Positions 1-14,026 are shown, counted from the first letter of the stretch. The stretch is 64,000 nucleotides of DNA from Balanoglossus misakiensis (GCA_040954595.2 CM082578.2:4756831-4820830); one strand, 5' to 3'. Numbers and translations: made by a program. Notes: generated by a model not told the origin, from the letters alone.

Positions 1-3000
1 TGGATTAGTGTGTGATCAAAATATTTTGCTACTTTTCATGACCCCTTTGACCTCTGCTGACCTCATTAATTATGTGCATAGCTAATTACAGGCGCACCGA
101 TAGAGCTAGAGGTTTGGTTTTTGTTGGACATGGACCAGTATGGGATCACCATTTTTTGCCAAAATGTTGGGTGACCTCTGGTGACCTTTGACCTACTTTC
201 GCATATCTCAGCATCCAGAGCAGATACAGCCATGGCATTTGGTAGGATGGGACCAAAATGTAAAGCCACATTTTTGGGTCACCTGTAACACCTGCTGACC
301 TCATTAAATATGCACATACCTAATTACAGGCGAACCAATAGAGCTAGAGTTTTGGTTTTTGTTGGACATGGACCAGTATGGGTAAAAAAAATTGCCCAAA
401 TGTTGGGTGACCTCAGGTGACCTTTGACCTACTTCACCCTATTTCAGCAGCAAAAATACACACATCCTTGTTATGTCATGAGATAATACATCCGATAGAA
501 AATTCTGTTTCTTCTCATTCATACTGTGCATATATAATTCAAGATCAGCGCTTGGGCCCGACAATGCTGCTCGCAGCTTTAATTCTTTCTTTCTTTCTTT
601 CTTTCTTTATTCTTGTGTCAATTCTTCGGCCAACGAGATCTCTGAAACTACTGCAGGTACACTTCTCAAACTTGCTACAGTGGTCAAGGTCAATGAGTAG
701 ATGTGCAGTGACTTGTGAATACTTAATTAGTCACGTGACCTGGCGGCCATATTGGATTTTCTGAAAAAATTCAAATCTCAGATCTCAGAAACTACAAGTC
801 AGATCGACTTCAAATTTGGCATGCAGGTAGACTACCTTCTACCCATCATTTTTGTAATTGGAAATTTTGCTACAGTGTTGCAGTTTTTTGCTACAATTTT
901 TTTTCTGAAATCTGGCTTAAATTTCAAAAATCTTCTTCTCCAGAACCGGTGATAACCGAGACACGGGGTTTGGGGTATGTGGTCACCTAACTGATGTCTA
1001 TCAAGTTTGCGAAGATCATTGTGATTGGTCGAAGATTATGGCGGCCATATTGGATTTTCGAAAAACCATAGTTAAACTGCAAAAATGTTCTTCTCCAGAA
1101 CGGGCAATGACTGAGTCGCAAGATTCGAGGAGTATGGTCACTACACTGATGTCTATCAAGTTTGCAAAGAGCATTGTGATTGGTCGAAGATTATGGCGGC
1201 CATATTGGATTTTGTAAAAAGCAGTGAAAAATTGAAATTCCTTTTTCTAGTCTAAAAATTGATAGCATACAAATTCTTTTTATGGATATCAATCGTCATG
1301 TGACTAAAATATGTTACAATTTTTTGGCGATTTTTCACATGACCTTTGACCTACTTATCACGCGTTATTATTTCTGCATATCTAATTCCAGGCTAACCTA
1401 TAGGGCTAGACGTTTGGTTTTTGATGAATGTGGATTAGTGTGTGATCAAAATATTTTGCTACTTTTCATGACCCCTTTGACCTCTGCTGACCTCATTAAT
1501 TATGTGCATAGCTAATTACAGGCGAACCAATAGAGCTAGAGGTTTGGTTTTTGTTGGACATAGACCAGTATGGGATCAAAATTTTTTGCCCAAATGTTGG
1601 GTGACCTCTGGTGACCTTTGACCTACTTTCGCATATCTCAGCATCCAGAGCAGATACAGCCATGGCATTTGGTAGGATGGGACCATAATGTAAAGCCACA
1701 TTTTTGGGTCACCTGTGACACCTGCTGACCTCATTAAATATGCACATACCTAATTACAGGCGAACCAATAGAGCTAGAGTTTTGGTTTTTGTTGGACATG
1801 GACCAGTATGGGTCAAAAAAAATTGCCCAAATGTTGGGTGACCTCAGGTGACCTTTGACCTACTTCACCCTATTTAAGCAGCAAAAATACACACGTCCTT
1901 GTTATGTCATGAGATAATACATCCGATAGAAAATTCTGTTTCTTCTCATTCATACTGTGCATATATAATTCAAGATCAGCGCTTGGGCCCGACAATGCTG
2001 CTCGCAGCTTTAATTCTTTCTTTCTTTCTTTCTTTCTTTATTCTTGTGTCAATTCTTCGGCCAACGAGATCTCTGAAAATACTGCAGGTACACTTCTCAA
2101 ACTTGCTACAGTGGTCAAGGTCAATGAGTAGATGTGCAGTGACTTGTGAATACTTAATTAGTCACGTGACCTGGCGGCCATATTGGATTCTCTGAAAAAA
2201 TACAAATCTCAGATCTCAGAAACTACAAGTCAGATCGACTTCAAATTTGGCATGCAGGTAGACTACCTTCTACCCATCATTTTTGTCATTGGAAATTTTG
2301 CTGTCAATGTTGCAGTTTTTTTGCTACAATTTTTTTTCTGAAATCTGGCTTAAATTTCAAAAATCTTCTTCTCCAGAACCGATGATATCTGAGACACGGG
2401 GTTTGGGGTATGTGGTCACCTAAGTGATGTCTATCAAGTTTGCGAAGATCATTGTGATTGGTCGACGATTATGGCGGCCATATTGGATTTTCGAAAAACC
2501 ATAGTTAAACTCCAAAAATCTTCTTCTCCAGAACGGGCGATGACTGAGTCACAAGATTCGGGGAGTATGGTCACTACACTGATGTCTATCAAGTTTGCAA
2601 AGAGCATTGTGATTGGTCAAAGATTATGGCGGCCATATTGGATTTTGTAAAAAGCAGTGAAAAATTGAAATTCCTTTTTCTAGTCTAAAAATTGATAGCA
2701 TACAAATTCTTTTTATGGATATCAATCGTCATGTGACTAAAATATGTAACAATTTTTTGGCGATTTTTCACATGACCTTTGACCTACTTATCACGCGTTA
2801 TTATTTCTGCATATCTAATTCCAGGCTAACCTATAGGGCTAGACGTTTGGTTTTTGATGCTTGTGGACTAGTGTGTGATCAAAATATTTTGCTACTTTTC
2901 ATGACCCCTTTGACCTCTGCTGACCTCATTAATTATGTGCATAGCTAATTACAGGCGAACCAATAGAGCTAGAGGTTTGGTTTTTGTTGGACATGGACAA

Positions 3001-6000
3001 GTATGGGATCAAAATTTTTTGCCCAAATGTTGGGTGACCTCTGGTGACCTTTGACCTACTTTCGCATATCTCAGCATCCAGAGCAGATACAGCCATGGCA
3101 TTTGGTAGGATGGGACCAAAATGTAAAGCCACATTTTTGGGTCACCTGTGACACCTGCTGACCTCATTAAATATGCACATACCTAATTACAGGCGAACCA
3201 ATAGAGCTAGAGTTTTGGTTTTTGTTGGACATGGACCAGTATGGGGTCAAAATTTTTTGCCCAAATGTTGGGTGACCTCAGGTGACCTTTGACCTACTTC
3301 ACCCTATTTCAGCAGCAAAAATACACACATCCTTGTTATGTCATGAGATAATACATCTGATAGAAAATTCTGTTTCTTCTCATTCATACTGTGCATATAT
3401 AATTCAAGATCAGCGCTTGGGCCCGACAATGCTGCTCGCAGCTTTAATTCTTTCTTTCTTTCTTTCTTTCTTTATTCTTGTGTCAATTCTTCGGCCAACG
3501 AGATCTCTGAAACTACTGCAGGTACACTTCTCAAACTTGCTACAGTGGTCAAGGTCAATGAGTAGATGTGCAGTGACTTGTGAATACTTAATTAGTCACG
3601 TGACCTGGCGGCCATATTGGATTCTCTGAAAAAATACAAATCTCAGATCTCAGAAACTACAAGTCAGATCGACTTCAAATTTGGCATGCAGGTAGACTAC
3701 CTTCTACCCATCATTTTTGTCATTGGAAATTTTGCTGTCAATGTTGCAGTTTTTTTGCTACAATTTTTTTTCTGAAATCTGGCTTAAATTTCAAAAATCT
3801 TCTTCTCCAGAACCGATGATAACTGAGACACGGGGTTTGGGGTATGTGGTCACCTAAGTGATGTCTATCAAGTTTGCGAAGATCATTGTGATTGGTCGAC
3901 GATTATGGCGGCCATATTGGATTTTCGAAAAACCATAGTTAAACTCCAAAAATCTTCTTCTCCAGAACGGGCGATGACTGAGTCACAAGATTCGGGGAGT
4001 ATGGTCACTACACTGATGTCTATCAAGTTTGCAAAGAGCATTGTGATTGGTCAAAGATTATGGCGGCCATATTGGATTTTGTAAAAAGCAGTGAAAAATT
4101 GAAATTCCTTTTTCTAGTCTAAAAATTGATAGCATACAAATTCTTTTTATGGATATCAATCGTCATGTGACTAAAATATATAACAATTTTTTGGCGATTT
4201 TTCACATGACCTTTGACCTACTTATCACGCGTTATTATTTCTGCATATCTAATTCCAGGCTAACCTATAGGGCTAGACGTTTGGTTTTTGATGCTTGTGG
4301 ACTAGTGTGTGATCAAAATATTTTGCTACTTTTCATGACCCCTTTGACCTCTGCTGACCTCATTAATTATGTGCATAGCTAATTACAGGCGAACCAATAG
4401 AGCTAGAGGTTTGGTTTTTGTTGGACATGGACAAGTATGGGATCAAAATTTTTTGCCCAAATGTTGGGTGACCTCTGGTGACCTTTGACCTACTTTCGCA
4501 TATCTCAGCATCCAGAGCAGATACAGCCATGGCATTTGGTAGGATGGGACCAAAATGTAAAGCCACATTTTTGGGTCACCTGTGACACCTGCTGACCTCA
4601 TTAAATATGCACATACCTAATTACAGGCGAACCAATAGAGCTAGAGTTTTGGTTTTTGTTGGACATGGACCAGTATGGGGTCAAAATTTTTTGCCCAAAT
4701 GTTGGGTGACCTCAGGTGACCTTTGACCTACTTCACCCTATTTCAGCAGCAAAAATACACACATCCTTGTTATGTCATGAGATAATACATCTGATAGAAA
4801 ATTCTGTTTCTTCTCATTCATACTGTGCATATATAATTCAAGATCAGCGCTTGGGCCCGACAATGCTGCTCGCAGCTTTAATTCTGTCTTTCTTTCTTTA
4901 TTCTTGGTTCCATTCTTTGGCCAACGAGATCTCAGACACCGCTGCAGGTACACTTCTCAAACTTGCTACAGTGGTCAAGGTCAATGAGTAGATGTGCAGT
5001 GACTTGTGAATACTTAATTAGTCACGTGACCTGGCGGCCATATTGGATTATCTGAAAAAATGCAAATCTCAGATCTCAGAAACTACAAGTCAGATCGACT
5101 TCAAATTTGGCATGCAGGTAGACTACCTTCTACCCATCATTTTTGTTATTGGAAATTTTGCTGTCAATGTTGCAGTTTTTTTGCTACAGTTGTTTTTCTG
5201 AAATCTGGTCAAAATTTCAAAAATCTTCTTCTCCAGAACCGGTGATAACCGAGTCACGTGGTTTGGGGTATGTGGTCACCTAATTGATGTCTGTCAAGTT
5301 TGCGAAGATCATTGTGATTGGTCGAAGATTATGGCGGCCATATTGGATTTTCGAAAAACCATAGTAAAACTTCAAAAATCTTCTTCTCCAGAACGGGCGA
5401 TAACTGAGTCGCAAAATTTGGGGAGTATGGTCACTACACTGATGTCTGTCAAGTTTGCAAAGAGCATTGTGATTGGTCGAAGATTATGGCGGCCATATTG
5501 GATTTTGTAAAAAGCAGTGAAAAATTAAAATTCCTTTTTCTAGTATAAAAATTGATAGCATACAAATTCTTTTTATGGATATCAATCGTCATATGACTAC
5601 AATATGTTACAAATTTTTGGCGATTTTTCACATGACCTTTGACCTACTTTTCACACATTATTATTTCTGCATATCTAATTCCAGGCTAACCTATAGGGCT
5701 AGACGTTTGGTTTTTGATGCATGTGGATTAGTGTGTGATCAAAAAAATTTGCTACTTTTCATGACCCCTTTGACCTCATTAATTATGTACATAGCTAATT
5801 ACAGGCGAACCAATAGAGCTAGAGGTTTGGTTTTTGTTGAACATGGACCAGTATTGGGTCAAAATTTTTTGCCCAAATGTTGGGTGACCTCTGGTGACCT
5901 TTGACCTACTTTTGCATATCTCAGCATCCAGAGCAGATACAGCCTTGGCATTTGGCAGGATGGGAGCTAAATGTAAAGCCAAATTTTTGGGTCACCTGTG

Positions 6001-9000
6001 ACACCTGCTGACCTCATTAAATATGCACATACCTAATTACAGGCGAACCAATAGAGCTAGAGTTTTGGTTTTTGTTGGACATGGACCAGTATGGGTAAAA
6101 AAAATTGCTCAAATGTTGGGTGACCTCAGGTGACCTTTGACCTACTTCACCCTATTTCAGCAGCAAAAATACACACATCCCTGTTATGTCATGAGATAGT
6201 ACATCCGATATTAAATTCTGTTTCTTCTCATTCATACTGTGCATATATAATTCAAGATCAGCGCTTGGGCCCGACAATGCTGCTCGCAGCTTTAATTCTT
6301 TCTTTCTTTTTTCTTGTGTCAATTCTTCGGCCAACGAGATCTCTAAAACTACTGCAGGTACACTGCTCAAACTTGCTACAGTTGTCAAGGTCTATGAGTA
6401 GATGTGCAGTGACTTGTGAATACTTAATTAGTCACGTGACCTGGCGGCCATATTGGATTTTCTGAAAAAATGCAAATCTCAGATCTCAGAAACTACAAGT
6501 CAGATCGACTTCAAATTTGGCATGCAGGTAGACTACCTTCTACCCATCATTTTTGTAATTGGAAATTTTGCTGTAAATGTTGCAGTTTTTTTGCTACAAT
6601 TTTTTTTCTGAAATCTGGCTTAAATTTCAAAAATCTTCTTCTCCAGAACCGGTGATAACCGAGACACGGGGTTTGGGGTATGTGGTCACCTAACTGATGT
6701 CTATCAAGTTTGCGAAGATCATTGTGATTGGTCGAAGATTATGGCGGCCATATTGGATTTTCGAAAAACCATAGTTAAACTCCAAAAATCTTCTTCTCCA
6801 GAACGGGCGATGACTGAGTCGCAAGATTCGGGGAGTATGGTCACTACACTGATGTCTATCAAGTTTGCAAAGAGCATTGTGATTGGTCGAAGATTATGGC
6901 GGCCATATTGGATTTTGTAAAAAGCAGTGAAAAATTGAAATTCCTTTTTCTAGTCTAAAAATTGATAGCATACAAATTCTTTTTATGGATATCAATTGTC
7001 ATGTGACTAAAATATGTTACAAATTTTTGGCGATTTTTCACATGACCTTTGACCTACTTATCACACGTTATTATTTCTGCATATCTAATTCCAGGCTAAC
7101 CTATAGGGCTAGACGTTTGGTTTTTGATGAATGTGGATTAGTGTGTGATCAAAATATTTTGCTACTTTTCATGACCCCTTTGACCTCTGCTGACCTCATT
7201 AATTATGTGCATAGCTAATTACAGGCGAACCGATAGAGCTAGAGGTTTGTTTTTTTTTGGACATGGACCAGTATGGGATCAACATTTTTTGCCCAAATGT
7301 TGGGTGACCTCTGGTGACCTTTGACCTACTTTCGCATATCTCAGCATCCAGAGCAGATACAGCCATGGCATTTGGTAGGATGGGACCAAAATGTAAAGCC
7401 ACATTTTTGGGTCACCTGTAACACCTGCTGACCTCATTAAATATGCACATGCCTAATTACAGGCGAACCAATAGAGCTAGAGTTTTGGTTTTTGTTGGAC
7501 ATTGACCAGTATGGGTAAAAAAAAATTGCCCAAATGTTGGGTGACCTCAGGTGACCTTTGACCTACTTCACCCTATTTCAGCAGCAAAAATACACACATC
7601 CTTGTTATGTCATGAGATAATACATCTGATAGAAAATTCTGTTTCTTCTCATTCATACTGTGCACATATAATTCAAGATCAGCGCTTGGGCCCGACAATG
7701 CTGCTCGCAGCTTTAATTTATTCTTGGTTCCATTCTTTATCGCTCTAGATCTCAGACACCGCTGCAGGTACAGTTCTCAAACTTGCTACAGTGGTCAAGG
7801 TCAATGAGTAGATGTGCAGTGACTTGTGAATACTTAATTAGTCACGTGACATGGCGGCCATATTGGATTTTCTGAAAAAATGCAAATCTCAGATCTCAGA
7901 AACTACAAGTCAGATTTACTTCAGATTTGGTGTGCTGGTAGAGTACCTTCTGCCCATCATTTTTGTAATTGGATATTTTGCTGTCAATGTTGCAGTTTTT
8001 TTGCTACAGTTGTTTTTCTGAAATCTGGTCATAATTTCAAAAATCTTCTTCTCCAGAACCGGCGATAACCGAGTCACGCGGTTTGGGGTATGTGGTCACC
8101 AAGCTGAGGTCTATCAAGTTTGCGAAGATCATTGTGATTGGTCGAAGATTATGGCGGCCATATTGGATTTTCGAAAAACCCTAGTAAAATTTCAAAAATC
8201 TTCTTCTCAAGAACCGGCGATAACTGAGTCACAAGATTTGGTGTGTGTGGTCATTAAACATATGTCTATCAAGTTTGCGAAGGGGAATGTGATTGGTCAA
8301 AGATTATGGCGGCCATATTGGATTTTGTGAAAAACGATTAAAAAGTAAAAATTCCTTTTCTAGCCTAAAAATTGATAGCACAGAAATTATTTTTATGGAT
8401 ATGAATCATCATATGCCAAGAATAAGCTATAAATATTTTGGTAATTTTGGCAATGACCTTTGACCTACTTTTGACGCATGATTTTTCTGCATATCTAATT
8501 CTAGGCTAACCAATAGGGCTATAAGTTTGGTTTTTGATGTATGTGGATTTGTATGTGATCCAAAAATTTTGCTACTTTTCATGACCCCTTTGACCTCTCC
8601 TGACCTCATTAAATATGCACATACCTAATTACAGATGAACCAATAGACCTAGAGGTTTTGTTTTTGTTATACATGGACCAGTATGGGGTCAAAATATTTT
8701 GCCCAAATGTTGGGTGATCTCGGGTGACCTTTGACCTACTTTTGCGTATCTCGACATCCACAGCAGATACAGCCTTGGCGTTTGGAGGTATGGGGCCATA
8801 ATGAAAAGCCAACATTTTAGGTCACCTGTGACACCTGCTTAACTCATTAATTATGTGCATACCTAATTCTAGGCTAACCAAAAGGGCTAGAGGTCTGGTT
8901 TTTGTTGGACACGGACCACTATGGGTCAAAATTTTCTGCCCAAATTTTGGATGACCTCAGATGACCTTTGACCTACTTAACACTTAAACAGCACCAAACA

Positions 9001-10338
9001 TAGATATAACCTTGATATTTCATGGGATAAAACAGCATTATTTTTCTACTCATTAATTATGTGCATATCTAATATCAGATCAGATAATAGAGCTTGGGCC
9101 CGGACAATGCTGCTTGCAGCTTTAATTCTTCTTCTTCTTCTTCTTCTTCCGAGAAATTCGGCCAGGTAGATCTGGAAAACCGCAGCACCTAGGGGGCTGA
9201 AACTTGGTAGGGTGATAGGGGCCAATGAGGAGACGTGCAGTGGCTCGTGAATATTTAATTAGTCACGTGACCTGGCGGCCATATTGGATTTTCTGAAAAC
9301 CATTAAATGACTCCTTCTCAAAAACTACTGGGCCAATCGAGTTCAAATTTGGTGTGCAGGTAGCCTACCTTCTGTCCATCATTTTACCCCATTAAAATCA
9401 TGACGTCATACATAAAGTTTTTTTGCTACAATTTTTTTTCTGAAAAACTACTTAAAACTTAAAAAATCTTCTTCTCCAGAACCAGCGGTTACCGAGTCTC
9501 GGGATTTGGGATATGTGGTCACCTAACCTATGTCTATCAAGTTTGCGAAGAGCACTGTGATTGGTCGATTATTATGGCGGCCATGTTGGATTTTCGGAAA
9601 ACCATTAAAAAATGAAAATTCTGTTTTTTAGCCCAAATGTTGACAGCACGGAAATTCTTTTTTTGGATATGAGTCATCATATGACCGGAAGTTGTCACAA
9701 TTTTTCGGGGCAATTTTCACATGACCTTTGACCCAGTTTTAAAACAACTAATTATATATGCATAATCCCCATACCTCCTCTTGTCAAAGCACCACAGTCA
9801 TGAATTTTGTGGACATGGATACCAATGCTGCCAGGACCCGACACAAATATTTTGGTATTTTTGACAATGACCTTTGACCTATTTCTGAAACATAATTTTT
9901 CTGCATATCTAATTCCAGGCTAACCAATAGGGCTAGAGGTCTCGTATTGGTTGGACATGGCCCACTCTGGGGTCAAAATTTTATGCCCTAATTTTGGGTG
10001 ACCTTGGGTGACCTTTGATCTACTTTCCCATATCTCAGCATCCAGAGCAGTTAGAGCCCTGGCTTTTATGGGGATCGAGCACATAATGGAGTCCTACACA
10101 AGACCTCATTAATTATGTGCATACCTAATTGCAGGCGAACCAATAAGGCTAGGGGTCTGGTTTTTTGTTGGATCTAGACTAGTATGGGGTCCAATTTTTT
10201 TGCCCAAATTTGGGGTGACCTCAGGTGACCTTTGACCTACTTTCCCATATCTTGGTATCCCCAGCAGATACAGCCGTGGCATTTGCTGGTCACCATGGGA
10301 ACCGCTTGTGCCCCGCCAACGCTGCTTGCAGCTTTAAT
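1..10338. repeat. Tandem array of a ~1.43-kb monomer (about 7.4 copies in window, continuing off the left edge); probably a non-autonomous Helitron/Helentron-like element in tandem
   Basis: Junction GCTTGGGCCCGACAATGCTGCTCGCAGCTTTAATT + (TCTT)n/(TCT)n recurs near 585, 2015, 3450, 4880, 6295, 7715, 9125; a diverged final copy ends ~10338. The ORF track repeats at ~1430 bp period. Internal ~140-bp and ~240-bp subrepeats. Superfamily assignment is inference. Confidence 0.95.
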
Positions 10339-10504
10339 TTTTTCTTTAATAATACTCCTCGTTTGGTGCCTTCTGTGAAAATTTCATGAAAATGACAATA
10401 TTCTAACACTGTTTTCTCAAAAATTCTACATGTATGACTATGCGCGGATGGAATGTGGCAACAATGCAGTGCATCTCAGTAGTCATCAACACTTTGTACC
10501 TTAA

Positions 10505-10692
10505 AGGTATACAGCCACCTCCAATTTACATACGCCCATATATGGCTGAAATGGCGTATTTGAGCGTTCTAAAGAACATATGATGGCGCTCTTTTTATTG
10601 TGTGTGCCACCCACTGAAAATCTGTAATTGGCTAGATCTCAATTTGCCATGGTATTAACTATAGCTAATTTTCCATAGGTGACCGTATACCT
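10505..10692. mobile_element. 188-bp MITE with TTAA TSD (Kolobok/T2-type)
   Basis: ttaa|AGGTATACAGCCACCT ... AGGTGACCGTATACCT|ttaa; 16-bp TIR with 14/16 match, AGG terminus. Confidence 0.8.
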
Positions 10693-10725
10693 TTAAAACC
10701 AAAATTCAATATATGTATACCGTAC

Positions 10726-12757
10726 CTGCAAAGCTGCCTTCAGCTTGACTGACACCATCACAACTATATTCATACTACAGCCCAGTGCAAATACTTTCAA
10801 AACAGAAGCCACAAACATGACGCCAATCAGAACAAACCCATTACTAAAATATTCAGTCACAGTCACCATTGCAGTTTCCTACGGATCAAAAAGACATGGT
10901 ACATACTGTAAGACACTTTATTTTCGCGAGCAATAAATTTTCACAAAATACGCGAGAGCCAAAATAGATAACAATGCAGTGAATGAAATAAGAGAATGCA
11001 AAAATCAATACTCGCGAAACAGTGGCCTCTCTCGATATCACGAAAATTTCAACTCGCGATAAAGTGTTTTCTTGATATACTATCAGGCAATATCATTTAA
11101 TAGACTGGATGAACAGTATATCTGAGATTATTTAAATTTTGTTATCGAGTTGCAGGTCATGGGGCTTTAAGCAAATTTGTGCGGGTCACAGAATTAGGAA
11201 ATATGTCAAAATGGAGAGAAATTGGATGAACTATGAACTCACGTATTTCTTGACAGGATCACCGTAATACAAGTCTGATGCATATGCAACAACACTGCCC
11301 ACAGAAATGGTTGGTATCAAAACAAAGATTGCAGTAATTAATATCCATAACACTGCTATGATTTCTTCACAACCATAGACACGTGTGTAGGTTCTCCATA
11401 AAGAAGCAACTTTCCCATTCTTAGCTGCTCGTATCTGCAGGATTGAGAGTAGACAAATAGTGAGAAAGCTGAAGTGACAAAATTAAAGAAACTTAATGAA
11501 CTGGTCATTTAATGTAAGTCTCGAAATTTGCATACATGATGCAGGTCATTTTTGCTGTCACAATGAATGTGTATGAGAAAAAATATCTCATTTTTTGCAA
11601 AACTAAAACCACCATCAGTTTGGTATAAATGATGTTCATCTCATCAGATTGTAACTTCTGATATAGTTCTGTCATATTTGTGGTTGACATGTATCTTTCA
11701 TCAAATATAAAACAGTTATCAGTACTTGAAAAAAAAAAATTACTGACTGGTCACTATATCCACAGGTGCTGTAAATGTTTGTTTTATAAATTCAACACTT
11801 AATATGAATTACTTGAAAACTTCACACAAACAATGCTACAGACCTTTTCTCTCTCATAAGCCTTATTGAATAACTTATACTGGTACTGAGCTTCAAATTC
11901 TTCTGGTGGACAGCCGAGATCTGTTCCATCCAGAGGTCGTTTGAAACCAAGAACAAACAACCAATTCATGTACCAATGGGTTATTTGTGAGAGGAAGTTG
12001 CTGTATTCATAGTAAAAGTACATAGATTTGTTCCTGAGGTCACGGGGGTAGAGTTTGGGTTCATAACAGCATCCGAAAATCTACGAGAAAGATGATCATA
12101 AGGAACTTGTCAATGACAGAGAATCTATAAATTTCTTCTTTGTGTGATTTAAACAAATTGGTATCTTGTTGAGAAATTTGTGAATTTATTGCAGTCAATT
12201 TTACAATATGCTCATTTCATACAGCAGTATCTAACAGTGCATTACAATGTTAAGAACATGTCCACATATGTGCAAATATCTACATTACTTCATGTATGCC
12301 CTGCAATTTACACTACTATATCTACACATGTACTTGCTGCACTGTCATTGGTTTTGTTGGAGATATGTGGGACATTTATATTTGTACCTGTTAGCGATGA
12401 AGGAGTTCATCTACATGTAGCTTGTTCCATGCAGCCTTTGTGTTAAAATTATTGCGCAAAGATGCAAATGGTTAGAGCTGGTAAAATTTGACCAATATAA
12501 GACTAGGTTCTTACCAGTTTACCAATTAAAGACCACTTTTGATTTACAAATCAGAATTTGGTGATAAAAACTGAAGATGTGCAGTATATATGTGCACCGT
12601 ATATATATCCAACAGTACATGGTAACATATCCCAGGTAAATGCGCCCAGGGTCCAGCAGTCATTTCCCCTGGGTCAATATACCGATAGTCAAATTAATAG
12701 TAGCAATAATGTTCCTGGGGTTACCAAATCATTTACCAATGTACCCCATCCTTAGCA

Positions 12758-12800
<43 letters not shown>

Positions 12801-13487
12801 ATGTGTGATGCATACATGTACGCTATGCATACACATATATTGCATGCACATGCACAAACCAGCCAAAACTTACTGGATAAGTGTACTTACTTTCGTCCTA
12901 ACAACATTTACTTCCAACAGCAAACAGCCTGCATACAGGGCAATCAAAAGAATCAAAAGGTCAAATCGCAGTATTTGTAGATCAAAACTGATCTCATGAT
13001 TTAAGCTGACAAGTCGAAACGTTGCCCCAGTCACAGCCAGGATCCAGTAGCAGAGGAGAAGCCAGGCCAGACGAGGTTTGCACCAATACTCCATGTGATG
13101 ATACAACACAAGAGATACAACCAAGGCCACCAAGGCTAGACTATCTGTCACATACAGATGGGATTGTGTGACCGAGTTCCTGGTTGCGTCTGTAAGCACC
13201 CCTTCTCCGACTGCAGCCAATAGGATAACACCAAGCGTTGATGTGACTGTCCATTTAACCGAATGTCCCGGGAATTGTAGTGTGCCCTTTGGATGAGAAC
13301 GGTGCTTGTCACTGTCATTACAGCAGCCAATAACCGCTAGAACCACGCAAGATATCAGCAGAAAGGCCGTGTGTACACATGCTGTGAAAAAACTGGCAAG
13401 GCAATAGTTGCTGATGATTCTCCATTCATTGTCACCAGCACTTGATGTATTGCCACTACAAAACCAGGTGAAATCTGTTTCGGCCAT
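10726..13487 (-). CDS. ABCC8/9: Sulfonylurea-receptor-like ABC transporter (ABCC8/ABCC9 type), 5' part only; coding exons 13487-12891, 12080-11844, 11434-11243, 10878-10726
   Basis: Four GT-AG phase-0 exons (597, 237, 192, 153 nt) join in frame: TMD0 (MAETDFTWFC...LYHHMEYW..PRLAWLLLCYW), L0 (YSNFLSQITHWYMNWLFVLGFKRPLDGTDLG), and start of TMD1 (VTVTEYFSNGFVLIGVMF...VKLKAALQ, resembling SUR1 ...INLRGAIQ). The remaining exons must lie left of the window. Confidence 0.88.
10903..11070. mobile_element. Degenerate MITE-like inverted repeat in ABCC intron
   Basis: ACACTTTATTTTCGCGAG near 10913 is imperfectly mirrored by CTCGCGATAAAGTGT near 11053; right terminus eroded. Confidence 0.45.
12759..12798. 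repeat. (GT)n microsatellite
   Basis: Directly visible, intronic. Confidence 0.95.
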
Positions 13488-13759
13488 CTTTACTGCTGTT
13501 CCGGTCCTCAGATATTACACTTTCTTGACTTTATACATTGTCAGTTCACTCCAATCCTAAGAGTAAGAAAATCACATATTGTTCATGAGTTTACTATAAC
13601 AACCACATGTATAACAATTGCCCATGTTGTACCTACATGTTGATGCTGGCTAATCTCTTTAGCCAATGAAGTAGAATTAATTGTTAGGGGTTATTACACG
13701 AAGTTTGGTCGATAACCCGTCATACTCGATTAATGTCTGTATTTTGACAAGTTGTGATA

Positions 13760-14026
13760 TTGCAAAATTTTCTAACGTGGGAGGGGACACCCCTTCACTT
13801 CCCACCCCCTTCACTTCCCTTGACTTACATGTACTATGTCTGCCAACTATCGTAATAACTTGTAATTTTAGTTCATTCATGTCTTATTTTAATAATTTAA
13901 ATTTATGCATATATGCAAAATGTTACTGCTATTCATTCACTAAGTTGGCATGGGGGTCACCCACTTTTTGATATCCACTAAAAAGAATCCACCCCCCCCC
14001 CCCGACTGAAGAAACTGACCAGTCCC
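13760..14026. mobile_element. Right-hand part of a PIF/Harbinger-like MITE (family 2)
   Basis: Poly-C + GACTGAAGAAACTGACCAGTCCC|tta; a related opposite end is at 37858 (taa|CGGACTGGTCAGTTTATGCAGTCGG + poly-G). Left limit approximate. Confidence 0.55.

Noticed and set aside
66-8815. Repeating 60-115 aa ORFs in the array as a peptide gene family
   Set aside because: Frames break differently between monomers, many use non-ATG starts, and there is no recognisable domain.
1-10338. CRISPR array, rDNA, 5S or histone repeat
   Set aside because: No short repeat with unique spacers and no rRNA, snRNA or histone sequence recognised; eukaryotic context.
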